This document shows positions 1 through 9,844 of a stretch of DNA of 64,000 bases, piece after piece. Under the pieces are notes generated by a model. The model was given only the letters and a program-made list of their open reading frames with translations. It was not told the origin of the DNA and made no database searches. How positions within the stretch are numbered: position 1 is the first letter of the stretch; each line of letters opens with the position of its first letter. The position numbers were made by a program, and so were the translations under genes. Source of the stretch: Nitrososphaerota archaeon (GTDB taxonomy: Archaea; Thermoproteota; EX4484-205; JAAOZP01); the NCBI GenBank assembly GCA_011605725.1, contig JAAOZP010000004.1, positions 1 to 64,000 on the forward strand. The letters run 5' to 3'.

Positions 1-950
1 AGCCAGCACTTGACTTTATGTGTTTCAGACGCCTCTACTTCAGGGGGTTCCTCTCTCCTGCAAACATCCATGGCGTGTGGACACCTCGGGTGAAACCTGC
101 AACCAGGCGGAGGATCAAGAAGACTAGGAGGCTCCCCTGGAATATGACTAAGCTTCTTGGTGGAGCGTAATGTTGGTACACTTGCTAAAAGTAATTTGGC
201 ATACGGGTGTAGAGGCTCGCTTAAAAAATCTTCAAGGCTTGTTAACTCTACTATCTTTCCGGCATACATTATGGCGATCCTATCAGAAAGCTCCGTGCTT
301 AGCGCAATATCATGCGTAATAAATATGTAGCTGATTTTAAGCTCAGATTTTATATCCTTTAACATGTTCATTATGTTCGCCTGAGTTATAACGTCTAGGG
401 CTGAAGTCGGCTCGTCGAGAATAACTATTTCTGGATTTGTTACCAAAGCCATTGCTATCAAAACCCTTTGCTGCATGCCTCCACTAAGCTCAAAAGGATA
501 CCTGTCTATGAAAGATCTGCTTATTCCTACAAGCGATAGAAGTTCCAATGCTTTTTCAATCGCGTCTTTTTCAGGAATACCTCCATGAATCACAAGTGGT
601 TCTGCTACCTGTTCCCCTACTTTAAGCAAAGGGTTTAAGGAATCCATCGCTCCCTGAAAGACGATCGACATTTTCTTCCATCTGATTTTTTTCTTAAACT
701 CGTCATCTCTTAGAGTCACAATATCCATGCCGTCAATAAATATGCTTCCATCGTATTTTGCTACATTCTTCGGAAGCAGCCTCATTAGAGCTCTGGCTAG
801 AGAGCTTTTACCGCATCCGGACTCTCCAACTAAAGAAACTGTTTCTCCCTTCTTAAGGTTAAAACTTATATCGTCTACAGCTTTCACTATTCCCTTTCTG
901 GTACTATAGTGGAGACAAAGACTTTTCACCTCCATCAATGAATCCAACAT
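1..950 (-). CDS. dppD: Oligopeptide/dipeptide ABC transporter ATP-binding protein (3' end runs off the window)
   Basis: Manual translation: MLDSLMEVKSLCLHY..GESGCGKS (Walker A), YPFELSGGMQQR, ILDEPTSALD, HPY..GCRFHPRC C-terminal motif. Confidence 0.9.
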   Translation of the reverse strand, partial: MLDSLMEVKSLCLHYSTRKGIVKAVDDISFNLKKGETVSLVGESGCGKSSLARALMRLLPKNVAKYDGSIFIDGMDIVTLRDDEFKKKIRWKKMSIVFQGAMDSLNPLLKVGEQVAEPLVIHGGIPEKDAIEKALELLSLVGISRSFIDRYPFELSGGMQQRVLIAMALVTNPEIVILDEPTSALDVITQANIMNMLKDIKSELKISYIFITHDIALSTELSDRIAIMYAGKIVELTSLEDFLSEPLHPYAKLLLASVPTLRSTKKLSHIPGEPPSLLDPPPGCRFHPRCPHAMDVCRREEPPEVEASETHKVKCW

Positions 951-1118
951 TCTTCCTACCTATATGAAACTACCGTTCCTCCAGCTTTTTATAAATTTTT
1001 AGAAGAGATGTATTAATGTTAAGCTTAATCTGCAATAATGTTTCTATATGGTTCATGAATAGACTTGTCAGCGTCAATGTCAAGAAACCTGGTTTATTTT
1101 TTAGGGCATTAACCTAGT

Positions 1119-1553
1119 TTAAGGTTCATCGTATGAAGCCTGTCGTTTAAAAAGCTTTATTTTCTCGAGACACTCTTCCTCTTTGTCGCAGTCGGTAACA
1201 AGCCTTTCAAACGGGCAAACGTCATTCCTCATTCGGTTAAGGATTTCAGGAACCAGTTTTTCATATTCGACGCTCACATTCCTCTCCAGCAGTGCGTCTA
1301 AGCCCTTGTTGCTTATCACTTCAGCATAAACTTCAGCAATATTGGCATATCTGCAGAGCATTGCTGCTGCCCTGCCAACGACTTTATCAGCCATTGCCGC
1401 TCCGGATAGTTCCACGCCATATTTTTCAATAGCCTCGACAAGCCCCATAACGCCATACTTCTTAGTTGCATGAACAACTATTCCTGGTTTAACTATAACT
1501 AGGCTGAAACCATGGTTTTTCAGAATTCTTTTGGCTGTTTCCAAACCATCCAT
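1119..1553 (-). CDS. DUF1893 (TM1506-like) family protein
   Basis: ADKVVGRAAA, ILNR..DVCPFE motifs; start taken at MDGLET because the longer ORF overlaps the next gene. Confidence 0.8.
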   Translation of the reverse strand: MDGLETAKRILKNHGFSLVIVKPGIVVHATKKYGVMGLVEAIEKYGVELSGAAMADKVVGRAAAMLCRYANIAEVYAEVISNKGLDALLERNVSVEYEKLVPEILNRMRNDVCPFERLVTDCDKEEECLEKIKLFKRQASYDEP

Positions 1554-1686
1554 TTTTCCCGCAGCCTTATTATACTCTGCTCTTAGTGCAATATAAGGCT
1601 GTTGTTCCCTCGATGATCCTGAATGGAAACAGTCCTCTAAGCGTTTGAATAAGATTTTTAAGCATGGGTTTCCAATTGGCTGCAAA

Positions 1687-2832
1687 ATGAAATATAGACG
1701 GTTCGGAAAATTGGATTGGCAAGTGTCAGCCCTTGGATTCGGAGCCATGAGGCTCCCAGTAATAGGCAACGATCATTCCAAGGTCGATGAGCCTGAAGCC
1801 ATTAAGATGATAAGGTACGCTATAGATCACGGCGTCAACTATGTTGATACTGCCTATCCGTATCACGGGGGAAATGGTGAAGTTGTCGTAGGCAAGGCCT
1901 TAAGAGATGGCTACAGGGAGAGGGTTAGGCTTGCAACCAAAATGCCTCTCTGGAGCATAAACTCGCGGGGGGATATGGATAGGATTTTTGAAGAACAGCT
2001 TAAGAAGCTTCAGACAGATTATGTGGACTTCTATCTCCTCCATGCTTTAGACAGGGAAAGGTGGGTTAAAGCTAAAAGCCTTAACGTTTTCGACTGGGCT
2101 GAAAGAATTATTTCAGAAGACAGGATTAAATATCTCGGATTCAGCTTTCATGATGATTACGGGGTTTTCAAAGAGATAGTGGATGAGTATGACAAGTGGA
2201 CTCTCTGTCAAATACAGTACAATTATGAGAACGAAGATGTTCAGGCTGGAACAAGAGGGTTGAAATATGCTGCTGGAAAAGGCCTCGCAGTAGTTATAAT
2301 GGAGCCTCTTTTAGGAGGGGCTTTGGCTAATCCGCCTCCGGCTGTGAAGCAGATCTGGGATGAAGCAGGTAAGGATCCTGTTGAAATGGCTCTTCAATGG
2401 CTCTGGAACAAGCCCGAGGTCTCGGTAGTTCTAAGCGGCATGAGCACGATGGAGCAGGTTAAGAGAAATATTGAGTTTGCCTCAAGGTCTGGGGTAGGAA
2501 TGCTTACAGAGGAGGACCTTAAGCTGGTGGCAAGAGTACATGCCACATATAAGAAACTTCGTCCTATCCCATGTACAAAATGTGGCTACTGTATGCCGTG
2601 TCCAAACGGCGTAGATATACCTTGGAACTTTGAGGTTTACAACAATGGTGTTGCATACAACTCTATGGGTGCGAGCAAATGGGCATACAACAATAATATT
2701 CCGGCTGATAAGCGGGCGAGTGCATGCGTGGGCTGTAGGACCTGCGAGGAGAAGTGTCCACAGAAGATTAAGATCAGCGAATGGATGCAGAGGATCGATA
2801 AGGAATTAAGATTCCAGCCGCCTGGAACGTGA
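1687..2832 (+). CDS. Aldo/keto reductase with C-terminal 4Fe-4S dicluster domain
   Basis: SALGFGAMRLP, YVDTAYPY, LATK; CTKCGYCMPCP and CVGCRTCEEKCP. Confidence 0.92.
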   Translation: MKYRRFGKLDWQVSALGFGAMRLPVIGNDHSKVDEPEAIKMIRYAIDHGVNYVDTAYPYHGGNGEVVVGKALRDGYRERVRLATKMPLWSINSRGDMDRIFEEQLKKLQTDYVDFYLLHALDRERWVKAKSLNVFDWAERIISEDRIKYLGFSFHDDYGVFKEIVDEYDKWTLCQIQYNYENEDVQAGTRGLKYAAGKGLAVVIMEPLLGGALANPPPAVKQIWDEAGKDPVEMALQWLWNKPEVSVVLSGMSTMEQVKRNIEFASRSGVGMLTEEDLKLVARVHATYKKLRPIPCTKCGYCMPCPNGVDIPWNFEVYNNGVAYNSMGASKWAYNNNIPADKRASACVGCRTCEEKCPQKIKISEWMQRIDKELRFQPPGT

Positions 2833-3093
2833 CGCTTAAAACCTGAAACCCGCGTCCCGGTCAGTTATATGCTGCCTAGGGTTTTCAATACTGCGATATG
2901 TTTCGCATGCTAGGCTCAAAGAGGCTTGAAGAGCGGCGTGTAATGTTTTCGTCAACCATGTTGGAAAGGTAACGGGCTTTCGCTCAAGGTGAAGGTTAAA
3001 CATGTCCCCTCCAACGAGGATGTTGTGAGCGTTGGTACAGATGTTCCACTCGGAGCCCCAGCCTGTTTCAGCAAAGTTTAAATTAAAATTTAA

Positions 3094-4203
3094 ATGGTTC
3101 AAACCGGAAAAAAGATGAGGAGGTTTCTTAAACTTCCTACAAACCCTATCGAAGTTAATCCGGATAAGAAGATTAGTCAACTGGTTGATGAAATGATGTT
3201 CACAGGTTTTCAGGGGAGAAAGGTTGCTGAGGTTGTTCAAGTATGGTCTAGAATGCTTAAGAAAAGAAACATCGTGATATGGTTCGGCCTAGCTGGCGCT
3301 ATGGTTCCAGCTGGGATGAGGAGAATCATATCCTACTTGATTGAGAGGAGGATGATTGATGTAATTGTTTCAACTGGGGCGAACCTTTACCATGATCTCT
3401 TCGAAGCCCTGGGTGGCAAGCATTATGTTGGAACCCACTTGATAGATGATGTTAAGCTGAGGAGAGAGAGAATAGATAGGATTTATGATGTTTTCGCGGA
3501 TGAGAAAAGGTTTTACGCTACTGATCTTTGGATAGAAAAGTTTTTCGCCAGGACGCTTAGGGATGATTACCCTTATTCATCTCGTGAAGTGCTCTATCTT
3601 TTAGGGAAGTTTTTAAGCAGGCATGCTAATGATAAAGATTCAATTCTTGTAAACGCCTATAAGAGTGGTGTTCCAATATTCTGCCCAGCGTTCGGAGATA
3701 GTTCCCTTGGTTTCTCGATAATGTTTTCTAACAGGAGGGCTAGGGTTGCAAGCATCAACGGGAAGAAGATTCTTCTTAAGAAGAAGAGGATAATCGTCGA
3801 TTACCTTAAGGATGTTGACGAAAGTTCCAGGATAACCGAGAAGGCGAAGCAAACCGGTGTTATATACATAGGTGGAGGTGTACCCAAGAACTTTATTCAG
3901 CAAACAGCTGTGATAGCGAGCTACCAGACTAGACATGATAAAAGCCATAGTTACGCGATACAGATCTCCACAGACATGCCGCAATGGGGAGGCTTGTCAG
4001 GATGCACTTTCGAGGAGGGGCAAAGCTGGGGCAAAATCGGGTTCAGAGCACAGAGGGTTCAGTGTTACGCTGACGCCACGATAGTGCTTCCCTTCATAGT
4101 TCATTCTTTAAGCGAGAAGTTTAGGAGACTTAGAAGAGATGTTCCTGTTTTCGAATGGAGGGGTAGCGATTTGAAGATAACTTATGGAAGGATGCGGCTT
4201 TAA
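3094..4203 (+). CDS. dys: Deoxyhypusine synthase family protein
   Basis: GLAGAMVPAGM, STGANLYHD, GGGVPKNF, SGCTFEEGQSWGKI (catalytic Lys retained). Confidence 0.88.
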   Translation: MVQTGKKMRRFLKLPTNPIEVNPDKKISQLVDEMMFTGFQGRKVAEVVQVWSRMLKKRNIVIWFGLAGAMVPAGMRRIISYLIERRMIDVIVSTGANLYHDLFEALGGKHYVGTHLIDDVKLRRERIDRIYDVFADEKRFYATDLWIEKFFARTLRDDYPYSSREVLYLLGKFLSRHANDKDSILVNAYKSGVPIFCPAFGDSSLGFSIMFSNRRARVASINGKKILLKKKRIIVDYLKDVDESSRITEKAKQTGVIYIGGGVPKNFIQQTAVIASYQTRHDKSHSYAIQISTDMPQWGGLSGCTFEEGQSWGKIGFRAQRVQCYADATIVLPFIVHSLSEKFRRLRRDVPVFEWRGSDLKITYGRMRL

Positions 4204-4204
4204 A

Positions 4205-5605
4205 CTAGACAATAGCCTCGCCCCTTTCAGTCAGAGAATAGTACTCCCTCTTCCTACCCATGACTCTCTTAGCTTCCACTCTTCTAACATACCCTTTTTC
4301 AACGAGGTTGGAAAGATGCTGATAAACAGTCGGGATCTTGACGTTCACGCCATATTTCTCTCTCAACCCTCTCCAAACCTCATAACCATACATGTTTTTT
4401 TCAGACAGCAGCTTCAGGATGGCTGTCTTAGTTGACCCGAGTCTAATGCCTCCGCTCAACTCTTCTATCAACATGCCTAGGTTTGACTTCCTGTACGCTA
4501 TTTCCCTCATAACTCTTGGATCCTTAAGGCCGCTTCCCGTCACGACGCAAACTATTCTAGAGTCTCTCTCTACCTCTCCGTTTCTAACCAGCTTCACTAA
4601 TCCTGCTAAAGCAAGGCTTCCAGCTGGTTCTGCAAGTATCCCTTCTTTCTCAGCCAGCAGGCTTATGGCTTCGAAGATCTCTTTTTCACTAACGGATACT
4701 GCTAAGCCGTCTGTCTGTCTTATCGCTTTAAGGGCAGCGTTTCCAAACCTGGGGTTAGCAACGTTAAGGTCGAATATTCTGCTTCTCGGCTCAGCTTCAG
4801 CCTCAACTGTGTCGAAGCTTTTTTCAAAAGCCTTAACTATAGGCTTACAATCTTCCGGCTGGACTCCAACTATCCTTGTGCTTTCCTTAATCACATCTAG
4901 CTCCCTGAGCTCCATCATCATTTTGTAGGTTGCATAGGCGAGACCTCCCTCCCCCATTGGGAGAACCACGTAGTCAGGTGGTCTCTCGCTAAGCTGCAAG
5001 AGTATTTCAAGCATAATGGTTTTCTTAGCCTCGTTTATTAACGGATCATGCTCAACCGCAACGATAGCCCCCTTCACAGCGCGTTTCTCAAAAGAGTTGA
5101 CCACGTTGACCTCCGCGCCGTATATTATCATCTGACAAAGTTTTCCAACGTCTATCGTGGGCTTAACCTGAACATGCGTTTTTAAACCGGCTTTAGAGGA
5201 GTATGCCGCCAAAGATGCGCCAAGATTCCCAGTCGAATAAGTGAATACTCTTTCGTAACCGAGACTCAGGGCGACGGATACGAATAGGGCTGAGCTTCTG
5301 TCCAAATAGGAGCCAGTAGGCTCTACAGTCTCATCCTTAATCCAAAGCTCTTCAACCCCGATGCTTTTCTCAATCCTCATCCCGTGCTGGAGCATTGTGT
5401 TTCCCTCTCCGAGAGAGACTCTGAACTTTCTCTCGACAGCCGGCAGTATTCCGCCGTATCTCCATATTCCATGCTCCCCGGGCTCCTCTACGAAGGATGG
5501 TTTAATCTCCAGTGTTAATCCTTGTCCACACTTGTCACACAGCTTCCTCTCCACATTGAAACTGTAGGCTGCTCCGCAGCCCGTGCATCTTAGAACATGG
5601 TTCAA
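4205..5605 (-). CDS. Threonine synthase-like PLP-fold protein (PLP Lys replaced) fused to C-terminal PadR-type winged HTH
   Basis: N-terminal CxxC..CxxC, SLGEGNT, PTGSYLDR (canonical PTGSFKDR), STGN, VVTGSGLKD; C-terminal ILKLLSEKNMYGYEV..PTVYQHLSNLVEKGYV..REYYSLTERG. Confidence 0.85.
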   Translation of the reverse strand: MNHVLRCTGCGAAYSFNVERKLCDKCGQGLTLEIKPSFVEEPGEHGIWRYGGILPAVERKFRVSLGEGNTMLQHGMRIEKSIGVEELWIKDETVEPTGSYLDRSSALFVSVALSLGYERVFTYSTGNLGASLAAYSSKAGLKTHVQVKPTIDVGKLCQMIIYGAEVNVVNSFEKRAVKGAIVAVEHDPLINEAKKTIMLEILLQLSERPPDYVVLPMGEGGLAYATYKMMMELRELDVIKESTRIVGVQPEDCKPIVKAFEKSFDTVEAEAEPRSRIFDLNVANPRFGNAALKAIRQTDGLAVSVSEKEIFEAISLLAEKEGILAEPAGSLALAGLVKLVRNGEVERDSRIVCVVTGSGLKDPRVMREIAYRKSNLGMLIEELSGGIRLGSTKTAILKLLSEKNMYGYEVWRGLREKYGVNVKIPTVYQHLSNLVEKGYVRRVEAKRVMGRKREYYSLTERGEAIV

Positions 5606-5760
5606 AGCTATGCCTCATTCTAATATATAGGGAGATACTTATACATTTCCTCTTTGCTTGCAGCAATCGTTTTCCCCGCCAATAAGGATCCGGCTCAGCG
5701 AAACCCTTATCGCCGCTTAAAAAACCTTATGCATGGCTGATTAGGCGATTGTAGCAATCG

Positions 5761-5768
5761 TTTTATAA
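5761..5768 (+). promoter_or_regulatory. Probable TATA box of the GH18 gene
   Basis: TTTTATAA about 23-30 nt upstream of ATG 5791 (leaderless spacing). Confidence 0.5.
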
Positions 5769-5790
5769 TCCTCCTGTATTAGACTCATAG

Positions 5791-6861
5791 ATGCAAAAAC
5801 CGGGTTCGAGAATGGTTCTAACTCTAGCAATACTTATTATAATGGTTGTCTACGTAAGCCTGCTTATGGTCCAACGGGCTGGGAGAAGAGTGCCGCAGGG
5901 AAATTCAAGCAGCATCGAGGAGTATTTCAAAACAGTTCCTCTTGAGAAACTGGAGGTTAAGTTCTTCGGATGGGTTACGCCCGACGATGAAAGCATCAAC
6001 AGTTTTCTGGCTTACGCTGACAAGTTCACCTGGGTTTCTCCAACAGGCTCGATAGTCAATGAGCACGGGGTTTTCACCCCCAGAGTCGACAGTAGGATTG
6101 TCGAGGCTGCTAGAAGGAGTAACGTAAGTGTTGTTCCGCTTGTAGCAAACTCAGGCTTCGACAGGAGCTTGGCTCACAGAATCCTTACGGATCCTGAGGT
6201 TAGGAGACGCACGATAGAAGACATAGTCAGCTTCGTTGTCGAGAACAATTTTTCAGGGATCAACATTGATTACGAGAATATTCCTCCTGAGGATAGGAGC
6301 GCGTTAAACTCGTACATGAGGGAGCTGGCTTCAATTCTACACTCCCACGGGAAGATTGTTACTATAGATGTCTCAGGCAAAACTTGGGACGATACGTCCG
6401 GGTGGGGTGGCGCATGGGACTACAGGGCTCTCGGCGAGGCCTGCGACTACGTCTGCATAATGTGTTATGATTATCATTGGTCTGGGAGCGAAGCGGGCCC
6501 CATAGGACCCTTAGACTGGCTCAGGGAAGTCGTTAAATACGCTCTTTCAACAATACCGAGGGAGAAGATAGTAATCGGCATTCCCTTCTACGGTTACAGG
6601 TGGCTCGGTAGAAACGGTGTTGGCCTAACTTTTAAACAAGCCTTGGAAACTGCTAAAAGCGTTAACACGCTGGTTTTTTTCAGCGAGAAGGATGGTGAAT
6701 ACCATTATTCTTACGACTCGTATGAAGTTTGGTTCCAAGGTGCAAAATCAGTTGAGCTTAAGATTTCCACCGTACTTTCACACGGAATAGATAAGATTGC
6801 TGCTTGGAGGGTTGGACAGGAGGATCCAAGGGTCTGGGAGGTTATAAGTAGGAAGCCTTAG
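5791..6861 (+). CDS. Membrane-anchored glycoside hydrolase family 18 (YaaH/YdhD-like)
   Basis: N-terminal TM; GINIDYE (DxxDxE-type catalytic motif), IMCYDYHW, GIPFYGY, AWRVGQED. Confidence 0.88.
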   Translation: MQKPGSRMVLTLAILIIMVVYVSLLMVQRAGRRVPQGNSSSIEEYFKTVPLEKLEVKFFGWVTPDDESINSFLAYADKFTWVSPTGSIVNEHGVFTPRVDSRIVEAARRSNVSVVPLVANSGFDRSLAHRILTDPEVRRRTIEDIVSFVVENNFSGINIDYENIPPEDRSALNSYMRELASILHSHGKIVTIDVSGKTWDDTSGWGGAWDYRALGEACDYVCIMCYDYHWSGSEAGPIGPLDWLREVVKYALSTIPREKIVIGIPFYGYRWLGRNGVGLTFKQALETAKSVNTLVFFSEKDGEYHYSYDSYEVWFQGAKSVELKISTVLSHGIDKIAAWRVGQEDPRVWEVISRKP

Positions 6862-7416
6862 CTCTCTCGTGAGAGCTGTCTCCTTCGTAATCTTATCCTC
6901 CTTAAATATTCTGATGAACTCCGTTAGCAATAGTATTATTAGAAGGATAATCAGCAATATTCTGCCGAGACTAGTATTTGCCAGCAGCAGGATGAAGCCG
7001 ACGAGGTGTATTTTTACGCCGATCCATTTCCCGATAATATCCTCAGCGCTTGGATTATAGCTGTCCGGGTAAGCATTATAATCTCCTTTTGTAACATATC
7101 GCTTACCGCCGTGCTGGTCTATTTTGATCCCAATTATGCGGTGGACAATATTCTTCCCTGAATATGGATTCCTATAGATGATTACATCGCCCACCTGGAG
7201 GTTCTCCTTCCCGCTTAAAAGCAGTAGGTCTCCAGGGAACAGGGTTGGATACATGCTGCTGACATACCAGGGGCTCATGTCTATCTCTACAACAGCCAGC
7301 GGGCTGCTGGTGCCCATCAGGCTGTTTAAAAAAGATATTGACACCGCTATTATTACTACTGGAAGTATGATCGTTGTCAGGAAAACATTTAAAGTTTCCT
7401 TAACCCTCTTATCCAT
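6778..7416 (-). CDS. Signal peptidase I (archaeal Sec11/S26B type)
   Basis: SSMYPTL..GDLL, GDVIIY, IVHRII, TKGDYN; flanking TM helices. Confidence 0.88.
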   Translation of the reverse strand: MDKRVKETLNVFLTTIILPVVIIAVSISFLNSLMGTSSPLAVVEIDMSPWYVSSMYPTLFPGDLLLLSGKENLQVGDVIIYRNPYSGKNIVHRIIGIKIDQHGGKRYVTKGDYNAYPDSYNPSAEDIIGKWIGVKIHLVGFILLLANTSLGRILLIILLIILLLTEFIRIFKEDKITKETALTRELRLPTYNLPDPWILLSNPPSSNLIYSV

Positions 7417-7430
7417 CTTCTATAGCCCAT

Positions 7431-8060
7431 CTACTCTTCCTCTACTTCAACATATCCTGTTTCAAAAGCCTCTCTGGATTTTCCCGGCCTGGCTGTTTCA
7501 GCCTCTTTTCTAAGCCTGACTAAGGAGTATAGGAGAATTGCTAATCCAAATACGAAGCCCATGGAGGACCCTACTGTTTTAAGAATGTCAACCTGCTCTT
7601 CCCATTCGGTGATTTTAAGGAGCCATGACTCCGTTATTTTAAATGTCGCTTTAACAACACTATTATCAAGAATGGTTGCGTTAACCACGTATGTGCCGTT
7701 AGCAGTTATCATGAGATCCTTAGTGTGATTCCCCGCGTTAAAACTGTTTTGAATAATACTGGCGCTGCTCTTCTCGAAAACCAGTACGTTGATCGTACCG
7801 TTAGTTGCAACATTAAGACTCACTTTATACTGTTCCCCCCTAGTTGGGTTTAAAGGAACCTCCATTATCTTCTCCATACCAGTTATGATCTTGGAGATGG
7901 GTCCGTACTCTTGTGGTGGACAAGGTATTGAAACCTCCTTAGGAGTAAGCATGGTGATGGGTTTTCCATTAAAAAGCATGTTGACTACGAAGGGTGATGA
8001 GACAGATGCAAGTATCATGCCTACAATAGCCATTATCAAACATTTCTTACCAATATCCAT
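7431..8060 (-). CDS. Hypothetical membrane protein (N- and C-terminal TM, beta-rich extracellular part)
   Basis: Hydrophobic termini, multiple N-x-S/T sequons, co-oriented with neighbours. Confidence 0.7.
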   Translation of the reverse strand: MDIGKKCLIMAIVGMILASVSSPFVVNMLFNGKPITMLTPKEVSIPCPPQEYGPISKIITGMEKIMEVPLNPTRGEQYKVSLNVATNGTINVLVFEKSSASIIQNSFNAGNHTKDLMITANGTYVVNATILDNSVVKATFKITESWLLKITEWEEQVDILKTVGSSMGFVFGLAILLYSLVRLRKEAETARPGKSREAFETGYVEVEEE

Positions 8061-8067
8061 TTCTTCC

Positions 8068-8388
8068 TCACCCTTCTACTTTCTCCAACCTTCCGTTTCT
8101 TTCAACCAGTAAAAATACGTGTTTAACATCAACTTGACTGAATTTTTCTTTGACGATGCGCTTAGTTTCCTCCATGTGTTTCCGTGCATACTCCTCATTC
8201 TTAAAGATTATCTTTACAGAGTACGGGTCGCCTTCTTTCACCTTCTTCTTAAGCTTCTGCCTGAATATTTTTGCCTCCTGCTCGTCAGCCAAGTATACTT
8301 TCCCACTGGCGATCTCATCGTTGTCGTGAATGACGCTAATAGCTTTAGTGTATTTATCAGGCTGTCCTGTTTCAACTATTTTAAGCAA
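8068..8388 (-). CDS. Hypothetical protein
   Basis: 106-aa ORF, charged composition, 7 nt from the next gene. Confidence 0.6.
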   Translation of the reverse strand: MLKIVETGQPDKYTKAISVIHDNDEIASGKVYLADEQEAKIFRQKLKKKVKEGDPYSVKIIFKNEEYARKHMEETKRIVKEKFSQVDVKHVFLLVERNGRLEKVEG

Positions 8389-8550
8389 AGGGGTTCCTCG
8401 TGAACCAAAGGTGTTGGAGATTTAAGGTTTACGGTTTAAGCAAAACTGTTTTACGAATTAAAAAATATTTCCAAGTTAATGCTTGATCTCTATTTCCGAA
8501 TGGCAATGTCTTCGACATTTAATGAAGTAGGCATGAGCCTAGGCATCAGG

Positions 8551-8558
8551 TTTATATA
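8551..8558 (+). promoter_or_regulatory. Probable TATA box of the luxE-luxC-SDR operon
   Basis: TTTATATA about 27 nt upstream of ATG 8585. Confidence 0.55.
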
Positions 8559-8584
8559 CCGACTTGTCAACTTGTCTTAAACGC

Positions 8585-9844
8585 ATGAATTCCTTTGAGA
8601 TATTTGAAGCAGCTTCTAAAAGCAGGCTTTTTAAAGATCCATATGTTGAGAAAATATGGGCGCTGATAAAAGATAAAAGCCTTTTTTCTAAATCTGCAGA
8701 TTATTTAATTAAGCTTAGAAAAAGCCTTCTTAGGGATGCGCTAAGCTATTTTTCAAGGCATAGTGATTACTATCGGGAGCTTTTCGAGAGGCTTCGAATA
8801 AGCCCTGGTGAAGCCGAGCTGGAAGACTTGGCGAGGCTCGCAATCCCATCTGATATTCTCCGGGGAGAAGGGCACAAACAATTTCTGATCAAGGATGTGG
8901 AGGAAAACGGTGAGTATTTTATGTCAAGCGGGACAACAAACCCTAATCCCGTAAAGGTCTACAGGAGTCCTCTCGACCTGGCTATAATGATAACGGGCAA
9001 TACCTATCTTTTTGAATATGTATATGGGAAGGAGGTTGAAGCCGGAAAGGGAGTTGCGCTCTTCATGGCTGCTCCAGAGCTCAGGTATAGGCTTAACTTC
9101 GTGGCTTTCGTTCATCTAACTCTAGAGTCCAAGAAAATCCCCCTTCTCTACGGTATGAACCTGATTGAAGGCACTACGGATGGAAAGCCATGGCAGAAGC
9201 TTGTGCCGAATCAGGAGAACATTCTACGTTTCCTGAGAAGCAGGGAAGAGCCGAAACTACTCTTCACCGCACCAGCCGGTGTCTACTTGCTGTCTAAAAA
9301 GTTTGAGGAAATGAATATTGTTCAGAGACTTGTATACAAGTTGTTGAGAATCCTCCCGATAAACCTCGGTAAGGGAGGGGTAATTGTAACGGGTGGTGGC
9401 ACCAAGGGTTTTTCCGACCTGCCGCCCTATGACAAAATAGTGGAATTCTCTAGAAAATACTTTGTTTCACGTGGGCAGGACGGGAGCAGGCAAACTGTTC
9501 CATTCATGGATGTTTTCGGAATGACTGAAACATTAACCGCCATGCTTGATAAGTTTGGAGAAATGGATAAGATACCTCATCCTCTCTCCGAAGTATTTAT
9601 TCTAAATCCAAAAACCTTTGAGTTAGATAGGGATGACTACGCTGAAGGAATTATTGGAATATTTAATCCTTTCACGACATCTTGGCTGGAGGTTTTTTAT
9701 CCTGGCGACATAGTGCGGAGCCACCCTTCCAACAGGTACTACGGGAAGGAATATGTATATGTGAGGCGGCTTAGTGTTGACGAAGGTTGGAGTCTCCAGA
9801 GAGCATGTGGAGGAACACTGGAGGAATTAATGGGTCGAAGCTAG
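8585..9844 (+). CDS. LuxE-like acyl-protein synthetase (ANL superfamily)
   Basis: FMSSGTT loop, VTGGGTKG, DVFGMTE, YPGD, C-terminal RACG with the Cys position typical of LuxE. Confidence 0.75.
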   Translation: MNSFEIFEAASKSRLFKDPYVEKIWALIKDKSLFSKSADYLIKLRKSLLRDALSYFSRHSDYYRELFERLRISPGEAELEDLARLAIPSDILRGEGHKQFLIKDVEENGEYFMSSGTTNPNPVKVYRSPLDLAIMITGNTYLFEYVYGKEVEAGKGVALFMAAPELRYRLNFVAFVHLTLESKKIPLLYGMNLIEGTTDGKPWQKLVPNQENILRFLRSREEPKLLFTAPAGVYLLSKKFEEMNIVQRLVYKLLRILPINLGKGGVIVTGGGTKGFSDLPPYDKIVEFSRKYFVSRGQDGSRQTVPFMDVFGMTETLTAMLDKFGEMDKIPHPLSEVFILNPKTFELDRDDYAEGIIGIFNPFTTSWLEVFYPGDIVRSHPSNRYYGKEYVYVRRLSVDEGWSLQRACGGTLEELMGRS

